From positions 124,001-188,000 of the forward strand of contig AP039694.1 in assembly GCA_051599415.1 (NCBI GenBank): 64,000 bases of DNA. Direction: 5' to 3'. The stretch is from Savitreella phatthalungensis. Its lineage: Eukaryota. A program made the translations under genes and the position numbers. Shown here piece by piece: positions 10,834 through 21,252 of the stretch. The stretch's first letter is position 1. Each line of letters starts with the position of its first letter. Under the pieces are notes generated by a model. The model saw only the letters and a list, made by a program, of their open reading frames with translations. It did not search any database and had not been told where the DNA came from.

Positions 10834-11940
10834 ATGAAGTGGCCTTTCACACTCAACACGCTTCTGGTCGCTCGCGCAGACATGCTGGTTCGACAATCGC
10901 CTTCTACTTGGGCTCTGAATAGGATATCGTGGGATCTCCTCGATTTTACACGAGACCAAAGACCGGTGGTGGATCCTGCCAAGACGGATTTTGACTTCAG
11001 CTCGCGCTACAACCGCAAGTATCTCGGACGTAATGTGGACATCTACGTGGTTGGCAGCGGCATACGTTGTGACGCAAAGGAGTTTTCATCACGACGCAAA
11101 TCGAGTCTATTGATGTCTTCGTCTCGTGCCCAATGTCCGGACTCAGCGGTTTTTGTGCACCCTGACGTCGAGGGAAATTCAAAGAGGAACACGCCTTCAG
11201 ACGGCATGACCACTGCAATGGCAGCGCTCGCCATCGGTGAATTGGTTGGCGTTGCCAAAGAAGCGAGGGTAATCTCAGTCAAAGTCCGCTATGGCCGGGA
11301 CGTTGTCCATGTCAGCACTGTCATAACAGGATTGATGTGGAGCTTCGATAAAGTTCGACGACAACGATCAGGCCAGATCGACAATCCCGCAATCGTATTC
11401 ATTCACGGCTGGGTGTCACGCAATGATGCTTTCGATGCTGCAGTGGCGTCACTGATACGCGCCAAAATGCATGTTGCCATACCAATTTCCTTTGACGCAG
11501 GCAACGATATGTGCGAAATTCAGTCGCCTCTCGCCGTCGACGACGTTTTTGGGGTTTCTGGAACCACGCGCAACGATGAGTACTTTGCACCAGATAAATC
11601 TAAGCCGGCCGTCGGGGGTTCCTGTGTTTCTATGCTTGCGCCGGCAGAACAAATACCCACCATTTTCGGCGAAGCCCGAGAAACATTCACCATCGTGAGC
11701 GGTACAGGCGCTTCTACAGCTTTAACTGTGGGCGTTATGGCGAATTGGCTCTCAGAAGGCTCAAAAGTCCGCGACTTCAGTCCGCACGAGCTGAGACATG
11801 TCATACAAAGCATGGCCGGCCAAGATGAAATTACCCGGCTGCCTAAAGGCACACAAAATCTGATGCTGAGGAATCGCCTGAGCTCTGACTGGGATTACGT
11901 GCCGCCGCATGATCACGGGAGCTCCAACTCGGAAAGGTAG
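10834..11940 (+). CDS. Secreted subtilisin/proteinase K-like (S8) protein, predicted catalytically inactive; paralog 1
   Basis: WALNRIS, GRNVDIYVV, GVAKEARVISVKV, LAPAEQI, LPKGTQNLML indicate the S8 fold. Triad positions read GSG (for DTG), GMTT (for GHGT) and SGTGAS (for SGTSMA). Confidence 0.8.
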   Translation: MKWPFTLNTLLVARADMLVRQSPSTWALNRISWDLLDFTRDQRPVVDPAKTDFDFSSRYNRKYLGRNVDIYVVGSGIRCDAKEFSSRRKSSLLMSSSRAQCPDSAVFVHPDVEGNSKRNTPSDGMTTAMAALAIGELVGVAKEARVISVKVRYGRDVVHVSTVITGLMWSFDKVRRQRSGQIDNPAIVFIHGWVSRNDAFDAAVASLIRAKMHVAIPISFDAGNDMCEIQSPLAVDDVFGVSGTTRNDEYFAPDKSKPAVGGSCVSMLAPAEQIPTIFGEARETFTIVSGTGASTALTVGVMANWLSEGSKVRDFSPHELRHVIQSMAGQDEITRLPKGTQNLMLRNRLSSDWDYVPPHDHGSSNSER

Positions 11941-12073
11941 TTTCGAAGACTCAAAGGTGTCACGCGCTACCGAAGTCCCGATATCACCTTGCCAACGATT
12001 CCGAAAACCCATAGTAGTGAAAGAGGGTGCCGCACCCACATTTGCGGTCAGAGATCGATAAGTTTTGCGGACA

Positions 12074-13390
12074 ATGTTTGCAACATCACTGCTGCTGCTC
12101 CTGATAAATCTATTGCATCGTGCAAAAGCAGACGACATCTTTCGTCAGGTCCAGACAACATGGGCGCTCAGTCGTATTTCGCTGGACCAGTTCCACGGAC
12201 ATGTCGAGCGAACCACATACAATAGTGACCCTCGTAGCTTTCAGTACGTCTATCGGTACAACCGCCGTTACCTCGGGAAGGATACAAACATCTACGTGAT
12301 TGGCGGCGGGGTTGATTGCGATCACGACGAATTCGTCACGCCAGAGGCGAACTCTATCGGACTCCGGACTTTCCGGACTGACTGCAGCGTTCGATCCAAC
12401 TTTGCCTGGAAAGATCTCGGCGGGCAAGAGGACAGACGTGTCAATCTCCACACAGATACCGACGGAATGACTACTTCGCTCGCAGGACTCATTGCCGGTC
12501 GTCGCGTCGGTGTGGCGAGAGAAGCCAGCGTGATCAGTGTCAAAGTCCGCATCGGAAGAGAGCCAGCGTCGCTATCGACCTTAATGGCAGGCTTGAACTG
12601 GATAGTTGATCAGGTGAAACGATCAAGAGCTCAGCGCAGAGACAAACGACATGTAATCTTTCTCCACGCACGTATGATCGCCGCAGATGACGCCTTGGAC
12701 GCGTCCGTGGGTACGCTGATTCGCGTCGGTCTTCACGTCATCGCTGCAGGGTTCCACATGGGTGACAAGTGCGACGAGTCCTCTCCATCTCGCGTAGACA
12801 ATGTCATCAGTGTCGGTCAAACCATGATTAACGACGAATTCTGGCAGGCCGGTAGTGGAACGGGCCAGTGTATCGCCGTTCTAGCACCAGGACATGAGGT
12901 TGCATCCATTGTTGCTGATGAGCCAGGCAAGCTGGTACTAGTCTCTGGCAGCGGTGCTGCGGCTGCATTGACAGCAGGCGTGATATCGACCTGGTTGACT
13001 CAAGGTTCACAAACGCGAGATTTTTCGCCTGAAGAGCTTCGCCACGTCATCACTCAAATGGCTGGCAAGAATGAGATTAACAATGTCCCAAGTGACACCG
13101 CAAATCTTATGTTGCGCAATCGACTCAACCGCGATTGGTCGTATCAGCCTCCGGATTACATCGGTCGAGATGATCGACCAGTAGGAGAAGACTCAGGTCC
13201 TGCAACATCCAGCTCTGTCCATCTGAGACCCGACATTCAATCAGCGCCAGCACGGAAGGACCAGCATCCTGATGGAGGAGTATCGATCGACCCGGCCACC
13301 GTGTCAGAAATGCCCGGTTATTCTGGTAAACCGCGTGTGAGCAGTACAGCTCACAAGAGACCATCGAGCGTCACATCGCCCCTAGCTTGA
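12074..13390 (+). CDS. Secreted subtilisin/proteinase K-like (S8) protein, predicted catalytically inactive; paralog 2
   Basis: Hydrophobic signal peptide MFATSLLLLLINLLHRAKA; WALSRIS, GVAREASVISVKV, SPSRVDNVISVG, LAPGHEV. Triad positions read GGG, GMTT and SGSGAA. S/P-rich tail. Confidence 0.82.
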   Translation: MFATSLLLLLINLLHRAKADDIFRQVQTTWALSRISLDQFHGHVERTTYNSDPRSFQYVYRYNRRYLGKDTNIYVIGGGVDCDHDEFVTPEANSIGLRTFRTDCSVRSNFAWKDLGGQEDRRVNLHTDTDGMTTSLAGLIAGRRVGVAREASVISVKVRIGREPASLSTLMAGLNWIVDQVKRSRAQRRDKRHVIFLHARMIAADDALDASVGTLIRVGLHVIAAGFHMGDKCDESSPSRVDNVISVGQTMINDEFWQAGSGTGQCIAVLAPGHEVASIVADEPGKLVLVSGSGAAAALTAGVISTWLTQGSQTRDFSPEELRHVITQMAGKNEINNVPSDTANLMLRNRLNRDWSYQPPDYIGRDDRPVGEDSGPATSSSVHLRPDIQSAPARKDQHPDGGVSIDPATVSEMPGYSGKPRVSSTAHKRPSSVTSPLA

Positions 13391-13464
13391 GAATATAGAT
13401 TGCCTGCAGAGCTTGAAGTCCTCGGACACGCCTGATATATTTGCGCTCTGCGGTAGAAGGACTC

Positions 13465-14409
13465 CTAGTCGGCGATCCAACGGAGAAGTGAGGTGACAGA
13501 CTCGAGGGAAGTGTCCCCCTCGATCACAATATCGAACAAGTTGAGGAAATCGTCGCGCCGTTTGTGTGAGTCGTCGTCGAAGTTGAGAAGACCAATCTTA
13601 AGCAGAGTATCGTGAGCGATGCCGCCATCGGCCATCCGGGCGTCACCTGGTGAGTCTCCAATGACAATGACATTGCGTCGATTGCAAAGAATGTCATGGA
13701 GATTAAATGAATCCTCATTTCTGACATCGCCTGATAAAGCGACTTCGCCCTTGTTCAAGCTGTGTATCAGAGGCTCACGAAAGTCAACGGCGGTCGAAGA
13801 AGGATCGTCTCCATTGAAAATCATGCGATTCGATACCACGGTCTGATTGGGTCGCCCGAGAGCATGAACGTCCATGAGCTGCTCAATGACGTCGCCCAAG
13901 CCGGCACTGAAGATGAGTAAGGGAATTTGGCGGTCGGCCAAGAGGTCGACGAATGAGGTAATGTGTTCACGAAAAGCAAGATCCGTAGCTTGAGCCTGAT
14001 CACGAATGATTTGTCTGGTGATTTGCTCCGCAAGAATAGCTGTGTGTGCCTGTGTCCACCAGTCGATCATGTGACCGAGCTTTTGGTCGTGCGGAAGGTT
14101 CTGATCCTGCTCGAGCGGATAATACTTGTCAAGCAGCTTCTGCGTATGATCTGCGAACGTCTTCGACACATGGGGTCCGCGTTCAAGAACAGCGTGCGAC
14201 GAATGATTCCGTCTCAAGGATCCATCGGGGCCCTTGATGTAATGTGCGGTGAGGGTCATGTCAAAGTCCGCGATGACGTGTAAGCATTCTTGAGTGCCTG
14301 CTCGTAAGTTTTCGAGCTTCGTCGCAGTAGAAGCTGGATCTGAAAGTGATAAATTAGTATACTGTCTACGCAAATCATTGAGGACATGTTCCCCGGACTG
14401 CAGGGTCAT
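13465..14409 (-). CDS. Pyrimidine 5'-nucleotidase (NT5C3/UMPH-1 family, HAD)
   Basis: HVIADFDMTLT (HAD motif I), KYYPLE, MIDWW, LLIFSAGLGD, VVSNRM, NVIVIGDSPGDARMADG, LKIGLLN. Confidence 0.88.
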   Translation of the reverse strand: MTLQSGEHVLNDLRRQYTNLSLSDPASTATKLENLRAGTQECLHVIADFDMTLTAHYIKGPDGSLRRNHSSHAVLERGPHVSKTFADHTQKLLDKYYPLEQDQNLPHDQKLGHMIDWWTQAHTAILAEQITRQIIRDQAQATDLAFREHITSFVDLLADRQIPLLIFSAGLGDVIEQLMDVHALGRPNQTVVSNRMIFNGDDPSSTAVDFREPLIHSLNKGEVALSGDVRNEDSFNLHDILCNRRNVIVIGDSPGDARMADGGIAHDTLLKIGLLNFDDDSHKRRDDFLNLFDIVIEGDTSLESVTSLLRWIAD

Positions 14410-14734
14410 TGCACTGTTTCTCTATCCATATAGGCACTAACGCATATATGTAAGCTGAAGATGACGCAGACATATCGAATTCAGTTGTCCATATATGGAA
14501 GCGCGTCCTCTTTGATCGATCATCCAGCATGCTGATTACTCTGTGCATTGAAAATGAATCTTTCAACTAGCTACTTCTGATTCTCCGCGTCAGAAAAGGT
14601 GAATTGAATCGACATGCACACGTACGAACGCACGTATATACGTACTGTACATGATCGATCAATCGAATGAATATATATCATCCACATGATTAAAGTTACT
14701 CGATCGGGGCTAATTGAATTTGCAGATGCACCTG

Positions 14735-14829
14735 GCAGTGGCAGTGGCAGTAGCAGCCGCAGAAGCAGAAGCAGAAGCATTAGCAGCAGCAGCACTAGCA
14801 ATGCATAGCGGCAGCAACAGCAACAAACA
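14735..14829. repeat. GCAGTG/GCAGAA/GCA microsatellite mosaic upstream of the formin gene
   Basis: ggcagtggcagtggcagtagcagccgcagaagcagaagcagaagcattagcagcagcagc... Confidence 0.8.
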
Positions 14830-15332
14830 GACATCGGACTTGGCCAGCTGCATGCACATGATTCGATTGATTGATCAGATCTCTTTCTCTTCTCTCTCTC
14901 TACCTCCCCTCACTATATACTGGACATGCATCATTGAACCTTGTAGGCGGCGGTGAAGGTGTCTCCAAGAGTTATCCACAGCATAGTGTAAGCATCGCAA
15001 ATCAAGATCAGGTGCCGACCCAGACACCGTACGCGAAAGTCCGGACGCGCAAGCACTCTTGTCGTTGCCTGCTGCCTGCTGCTTCTATCCAGTGACGTTG
15101 CGATCGAAACGTCTGCCTGGCTCACCTGACTGCTGAATACCACTGCGCTCGTCGCGAAAGGCTTTACGTGCCCACGGGTGCTCAGTCTATCGAGGCTCCG
15201 CACTCAAACAGCATTGTTTTCGCCCCGAGACTGACCGTCTATCATCGCATCAAGCACATCTCCCGCGGCAATGTACATTATCCTTGATTCGACTCTATGA
15301 TGCATGCGCATGCCCCCTAGTCCGAGGTCTCA

Positions 15333-18300
15333 ATGACTGAAAAGACTCCGTCAGCCCTGCACGGTCAACCGAAGACCCCTCAAGGTCGTAAGACCGGCGC
15401 AGGCGCCTGGCTCCGCAGGGTCAAACCGGGCGGACAGGCCTCCTCTTTCCAGCAGCTCGATGGTAGCGCGGTCGGATCATCTTCAAATAATGGTCGTCAA
15501 GTCAGCTTTGAAAGCCTTGCGGACGAGACAGATATTGCCAGAGCCGAGGACACATTTGCAGCGATTCCTTATGAGGATTTGCCTCAGACTGACAATTCAC
15601 CGATCGTGGCGATGCGCGTGCAGGGACCTCGACACGTGCCACTTGATGGCCGTGCCCTGGCTACCGCATCGTCGGCAGCTGGTGCGGCAGGTGATCATCA
15701 CAGTGGCAGCACGCGCCTGCATATCTCCGGACCTTTCAATGCGAGCACGACAGCGATTGCTCGTGTCAGCAACGCGTCGCCCCTCAAGAACCTCGCTGGC
15801 GCGCGCTCGGCGTCCATGGGCTCGTCCCATCACAAACAACCGGGCTTCGACGGTCATGCATCTCGACCGTCCGTCGATAGCGCCAGGTCAGTGGACTACA
15901 CGATTGCACCGACACACCTACCAGCTCCGCGCATTGATTGGCCTCCAGAATCACATGCCTCGCAGATCAGATCAAACCATGCATCAATGAGCTCGACTGT
16001 GAGTGGCGGGTCCGCCGCACCTGCGCGACCAGCGGGTGCCCGACCACCAGGGTCCGGCAATAGCTCAAATCAGCCTGTTCGCGACACGCATTCTCGTGCG
16101 ACGTCATCTATCAGTCAATGGTCTGGCATCACAGGTCGACGCATTGGAGGGCCCCGACCCGCGGATGTGCAAAGTGTGCGAAGCGAGCACACAGCCGGTC
16201 ATGACTACCGGCAATCTGTCGCAAGCAGTACGTTTGAGCTTGCAGCCGCACTGAACACTGGCGACCTGTATAATTTTGGTCCCAATGGCGAGGTTCAGCG
16301 ACCGCAGCACGCGGAGCAAATCGATCGCATGTTCCAGGTCTTATTGGCGACCAGAGCAACAAAGATGTCCCCCAACGAGCTCGCGGTGCTGAACAACAAG
16401 AGTACAGACGAGAAATGGCTGATGCTTGACGCTGATGCTCAAGGTGCCTGGAAGGCCATACAGGCTGCCAACGCAGCCGGAGGAGGGTCGTCGGCTGATG
16501 CGGAAGGCTCACCGCAATGGTTTGTCAAACGGATCGTCGATCAATCGCTCAAGTCAACACAATATGCAAAACTGAATGTCTGTTTACGAACCCTCCAGGT
16601 CGCTTGGGTCAAGTCTTTCATCGACAACCAGGGCCACATAGCTCTTGCGACGGCTTTGAGTCATTTCAACAGTCGGACGACCAAGCGCGATGACGATCTT
16701 GCTCGTGAGTTCGAGATTCTGAAATGTGTCAAGGTAATTCTCAATAATCAGCATGGCGCAGAGGAGACCATGGCGCATCAGCGCTGCATCGATTCCATCG
16801 TCATGTCGCTCTTGTCGCCTTCCATTGCTGCGCGCAGGCTCGTTGTCGACATCCTTTCGTTCTTCTGTGCTTGGGTCGATCCTGCCACTCAGCGCTACAC
16901 GAGTCACCCGAAGGTCGTTCTAGCCTTTGATAAGCTCCGCGAACTGATGAATGCCGATACACGCTTCGAGCCGTGGATGTCGAGCCTCGAGAGTACGCTC
17001 GACGGACGTGGCGTAGCAGGATCTCGCGTCGGCGCATCCGACGAGTTTAAAAAGGCCGGCCCCAATCGAGACGCCACTCTCATGGACTTTGCATTAAGCA
17101 ATGCTGTGCTCGTCAATCAAATCGTCTGCAACGCTGATGAGCTCCGTACCAGAGTTCATCTTCGCTCGCAGCTCCGGTTGGCTGGCTGGTATCGTATCAT
17201 GGATCGCATGGCTAGCTACGGATCTGATTACATTGACCGCCAGCTTGCGCGCTTTGACGACACCGAGCAGGAAGATCTGCTCGACCTCGCTGAGCTCAAT
17301 GATGCGTCCGATGTCCCGACAAATTTGACTGATCCTGTCGAGCTTGTTCAGAGTGTCTGGAGCAGACTCAGTGACACGAAGGCTCAAAGCTACTTTCTAT
17401 CATCGCTGCAGCATCTTGCACTTGTCCGAGACTCATCGCAAGATCGTGACCGTATGTTCCAAATCATTGACAGCGTAACATCGCAAATCGTGCTCGACGG
17501 GACTGCAGTCTCGCGGCGATACGGTGCCGGCGCATACCAAGGGTCTGGCGACATCCTGCAATCTGCGACGCGCCAGCTCTTGTCAAAGCTCGCCACGGAT
17601 GAGGAAGCTCGCAACGCGATCGAGGAAGCGCGCGATGCAAGTGTGCGTGCTGAACAGATTGCTGCTGAGCGGGACACCTTGGCTGCTCAGCTCAATCTCG
17701 GTTCTGATGGCCTTGTGGCCCAGCTTAAGCACGAGCTGGCCCAGCAAGCTCAAGTTATCAAAGCCAGTCAACGTCTCAATGAGGAGCTTCGACATCAGAT
17801 ATCAACCATGCAGCAAGACCACCGTCAAGCACTTCTGAAAAATGAGCTTGAAGCAAGAGAGTTGTATATGATGCTTCGCGAGACCGGCGCTGGCCAAGCA
17901 GCACTAGGACCGGATGGTAATCCTAGCAGTGTCACTGGCAATACAGGAATTCTCGATCGCCAGGTCCTGATGGACAAGCTTGAGAGACAGCTGGAACGAA
18001 AGAAGACAGTCTACAAGCTCGAGGGACGTGTCTGGGGCAATGAGATTCAGCAGGCAGATGCATCGAACAAGAAGCTGCGTGATCTGCGAGAAAAGATGGA
18101 CGAATTGCAAGTCGATGCGCGAAGACTGCAACTTGACAACGCACGATTGGCCGATGATGAGGACACAGAGCATCCTCAAACAGCGAGCTTTGCAATCCGT
18201 AGTCTTCTTGCTGCGGATTCGCAATTCGGCCAAACGCGGCGGGCGACCAAGACGACCGGAAGCGGACGACTTACCAACGCCAGCCTTGAGCCTGCGGATG

Positions 18301-21095
18301 ACGTCGATGAGTCAGCCGTTGAGATTGTCCGCGAGAAGCCCCGTATTGTCCAGTTCGCCAAACCTAAGGCTTTGCCAGCAGATCAGAGGTTGGGCGAGGC
18401 TGATATAATTGCTCAAGAAGGCCCAAGAAAGAACGCGCCGGGCGACAATCAGGGCGTAACGCAAAGCGCAGATGCGACACACCCGTCAGCTACAATTGCT
18501 TCTGCTACCAGTCCACCTGTCTCTCCAGATCCAGCTCCAGTTCTATCGGGTAGTGGTCCACCGGGACCGCCTCCTCCTCCGCCTGGACCGCCACCTGTTC
18601 TTGGAGGAGTGCCTCCGCTACCGCCTCCTGGACCACCGCCGAATCTATCTGGACCCGGGCCGCCGCCACCGCCACCACCACCACCTCCGGGCGGACCGCC
18701 ATCACTTGGGGGGCCAATTCCACCTCCACCTCCGCCTCCACCTCCCGCACCTGGCGCTCCTCCGCCGCCCAAGCTCGTTACTAGCAAAGACACGATCGCA
18801 GCGGATCCTTTCATTGACGCGAGGTCTCTTGATGTTCTGGATACAATCCACGATCCAAAGCACACCGGCACCCTCGGCAAGACTGGCTTGCCGTTCGTTG
18901 CTGCAGGACACAAACAATATCCTAAAGTCCGACCAGGCAAGAAGCTCAAGCAAATGCACTTCGACAAGCTCGAAAATGGATCTGAATACACTCTCTGGGC
19001 AGAAGCCAAGCTGGACGCTAATGCACTGTACGGCTCGCTCTCTCAACGCGGTCTGCTCGAAGAGCTGGAGCGCTCATATGCCATGCGAGAGATCAAACTT
19101 AACCTCACCAATCGCGGGAAGAAGAAAGACAAGAAGACATTTCTGTCGAATGACGTGCAGCAGCGCATCGGCGTGGCCTTCCATCGCTGGAACGCTTTTT
19201 CTCTCGAGGATCTGGTGGGCAAGCTGTTGAGGTGTGAAGACGATGTGTACACAAGTGAAATGGTTGATTTCCTCGCCGACGACAAGCTGTACAATCAAGA
19301 TCAGAGCAAGAAGCAACTTCAGCCGTACGCTGCTAATTGGCTCGAAGGAGGCAACCGCTTCGACCCCAACAAGGATCCTGATGAACTTCAACGCGAAGAC
19401 CGAATCTATCTGGCAACTTTCGTAGAGCTTGGTCACTACTGGCAGCGACGAATGGGATGCTTGAAGATGCGCGACACACTGGAACGCAACTACGATGAAC
19501 TGGCGGAGCAGATTTCCCTCATCACGCGCACAGCCATTTCATTGCGCAAGTCCCAGAGCTTTCGCGAAGTGCTCAATGTCGTTCTTCATCTCGGTAATTA
19601 CATGAACGACCTCAACAAGCAGGCTGACGGTTTCAAGCTGGGCACGCTCGCTCGGCTCCCGTTGACAAAGAACGATATGAACTCTAAGCAAACGTTCATG
19701 CACACACTCGAGCGTGTCGTTCGCGTCCTGTATCCGCAGCTTGAGGACTTCCTCGAGGACCTCAACGATGTCCAGCAAGCAGCAAAAATCAACATCGATG
19801 CTCTTTCCCAAGACATCCGCCAGCTGCAGCAACAGCTCAATGTGGCTGACCGAGCACTCGAATCTGGCGCTCTGTCGGACCGTAAGATTATGCATCCGAA
19901 GGATCGCATTCGCCAAGTCATCGAGGCATATCTACCAACTGCGCGGCGCAAGACGCAGCAGCTGACAACCCTGCTCGAAGACATGGAAACTTCATTACAG
20001 AACTGCCTGATTTACTACTGCGAAGAGCCCAAGGACTCATCCGCACGACAGATGTTCTTTGGCAAGTTCGACATGTTCTGTCGCGATTTTCGACGCGTCA
20101 AACGCGAGAATTTCGATATGGAGGAGGACGCACACCGTCAAGATATGCGCCGCAAAGCTTTGCAACGAGCAGGTCAGAAGAATATACTCGAGCGTGCTAT
20201 GCAATCTTCCGGCAATGCAAGCGCAGCGCCAGGTCATGCGGTTATGGACAACTTGTTAGAGAAACTTCGCGTGGGACCGGATCCAGAACAACGAAGGACA
20301 AGGAAGAAGGCAAGACCACCTCCACGGAAAGTCACGCCGAACATTTCTGCTCAAAAACTCAGAGAAGACTTGCGCGCGGCAAACGGGAAGAGTGTGCCAT
20401 CCGAGGAGCACAAAGAGCAGGAAATACAATCGACCGAGACGGCCAGTGTGCTCCCACCGGAAGCCCGAGCAGATACTGGTCCAGCCATCACGAGTGAAGC
20501 CGCGGGCCCGAGTCCTCTTGACTCTTTGCGACGGCCGCAGCTCACTCCGAACGTCACGGGCGCATTAGCGACCAGCAGTGGAAGCACAGATCTCCCCGTA
20601 CCCGAGATCAAGCGTACGAGTACTCCTCCTGTTGAATCGGGCATCGGATCATCATTCACGGCAGCTATACCAAATTCAGCGCCGCCATCAATGCTTGCGG
20701 CTCGTGCTCAGTCTATGTTGGCTGGTCTGCGGGCTGGCAAAATCGTGTCCGTGGCGCCGTCTACCAGTACACAGAGCCTCACCGCTCTAGCAGGAATGGA
20801 GCCGGAGTCTGGCTCGCCGGCGCCAATCACGCCGACGAAAAATGCTTCCAGGACAAATGTGAACAATACGCCGACCCCACCGGGATCCTCAGGCTCGGTC
20901 TTATCTGCGACTGGCTTAGGAATCGTCGTGGATCCTGATGATCCTAACGCTCGTTCGCCACTGCGGTTTAATCTCGGCCCTGGCAGATCTCAGCCCGCTC
21001 ATTCGAGTAGTGGACATTCTTCACCACGCCGAAGTCAAGTAGTCGTTCTTGATCGACCAGACAGTGGGTCTGACGAAGAAGAAATGGACGATTGA
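15333..21095 (+). CDS. Diaphanous-related formin (SepA/Bni1/Cdc12-like)
   Basis: GBD/FH3 region, coiled coil, poly-proline FH1 (~18560-18770), FH2 (KKLKQMHFDKL; LHLGNYMN; GFKLGTL) and DAD motif (VMDNLLEKLR). Confidence 0.95.
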   Translation: MTEKTPSALHGQPKTPQGRKTGAGAWLRRVKPGGQASSFQQLDGSAVGSSSNNGRQVSFESLADETDIARAEDTFAAIPYEDLPQTDNSPIVAMRVQGPRHVPLDGRALATASSAAGAAGDHHSGSTRLHISGPFNASTTAIARVSNASPLKNLAGARSASMGSSHHKQPGFDGHASRPSVDSARSVDYTIAPTHLPAPRIDWPPESHASQIRSNHASMSSTVSGGSAAPARPAGARPPGSGNSSNQPVRDTHSRATSSISQWSGITGRRIGGPRPADVQSVRSEHTAGHDYRQSVASSTFELAAALNTGDLYNFGPNGEVQRPQHAEQIDRMFQVLLATRATKMSPNELAVLNNKSTDEKWLMLDADAQGAWKAIQAANAAGGGSSADAEGSPQWFVKRIVDQSLKSTQYAKLNVCLRTLQVAWVKSFIDNQGHIALATALSHFNSRTTKRDDDLAREFEILKCVKVILNNQHGAEETMAHQRCIDSIVMSLLSPSIAARRLVVDILSFFCAWVDPATQRYTSHPKVVLAFDKLRELMNADTRFEPWMSSLESTLDGRGVAGSRVGASDEFKKAGPNRDATLMDFALSNAVLVNQIVCNADELRTRVHLRSQLRLAGWYRIMDRMASYGSDYIDRQLARFDDTEQEDLLDLAELNDASDVPTNLTDPVELVQSVWSRLSDTKAQSYFLSSLQHLALVRDSSQDRDRMFQIIDSVTSQIVLDGTAVSRRYGAGAYQGSGDILQSATRQLLSKLATDEEARNAIEEARDASVRAEQIAAERDTLAAQLNLGSDGLVAQLKHELAQQAQVIKASQRLNEELRHQISTMQQDHRQALLKNELEARELYMMLRETGAGQAALGPDGNPSSVTGNTGILDRQVLMDKLERQLERKKTVYKLEGRVWGNEIQQADASNKKLRDLREKMDELQVDARRLQLDNARLADDEDTEHPQTASFAIRSLLAADSQFGQTRRATKTTGSGRLTNASLEPADDVDESAVEIVREKPRIVQFAKPKALPADQRLGEADIIAQEGPRKNAPGDNQGVTQSADATHPSATIASATSPPVSPDPAPVLSGSGPPGPPPPPPGPPPVLGGVPPLPPPGPPPNLSGPGPPPPPPPPPPGGPPSLGGPIPPPPPPPPPAPGAPPPPKLVTSKDTIAADPFIDARSLDVLDTIHDPKHTGTLGKTGLPFVAAGHKQYPKVRPGKKLKQMHFDKLENGSEYTLWAEAKLDANALYGSLSQRGLLEELERSYAMREIKLNLTNRGKKKDKKTFLSNDVQQRIGVAFHRWNAFSLEDLVGKLLRCEDDVYTSEMVDFLADDKLYNQDQSKKQLQPYAANWLEGGNRFDPNKDPDELQREDRIYLATFVELGHYWQRRMGCLKMRDTLERNYDELAEQISLITRTAISLRKSQSFREVLNVVLHLGNYMNDLNKQADGFKLGTLARLPLTKNDMNSKQTFMHTLERVVRVLYPQLEDFLEDLNDVQQAAKINIDALSQDIRQLQQQLNVADRALESGALSDRKIMHPKDRIRQVIEAYLPTARRKTQQLTTLLEDMETSLQNCLIYYCEEPKDSSARQMFFGKFDMFCRDFRRVKRENFDMEEDAHRQDMRRKALQRAGQKNILERAMQSSGNASAAPGHAVMDNLLEKLRVGPDPEQRRTRKKARPPPRKVTPNISAQKLREDLRAANGKSVPSEEHKEQEIQSTETASVLPPEARADTGPAITSEAAGPSPLDSLRRPQLTPNVTGALATSSGSTDLPVPEIKRTSTPPVESGIGSSFTAAIPNSAPPSMLAARAQSMLAGLRAGKIVSVAPSTSTQSLTALAGMEPESGSPAPITPTKNASRTNVNNTPTPPGSSGSVLSATGLGIVVDPDDPNARSPLRFNLGPGRSQPAHSSSGHSSPRRSQVVVLDRPDSGSDEEEMDD

Positions 21096-21252
21096 ACACT
21101 CAATCGGCACCTTGCCCAGCTGCGGCTTCTGTCTACGGCAGCCGAGTTTCCTTAGTCACGAGACCTCATGAACGACAATGCAATTCAGCTGTACAATTCG
21201 TGTATCTGTTTCCAGAAGTGCTTTCCTAGCTGTGTATCTGCAATGAGCTTTG

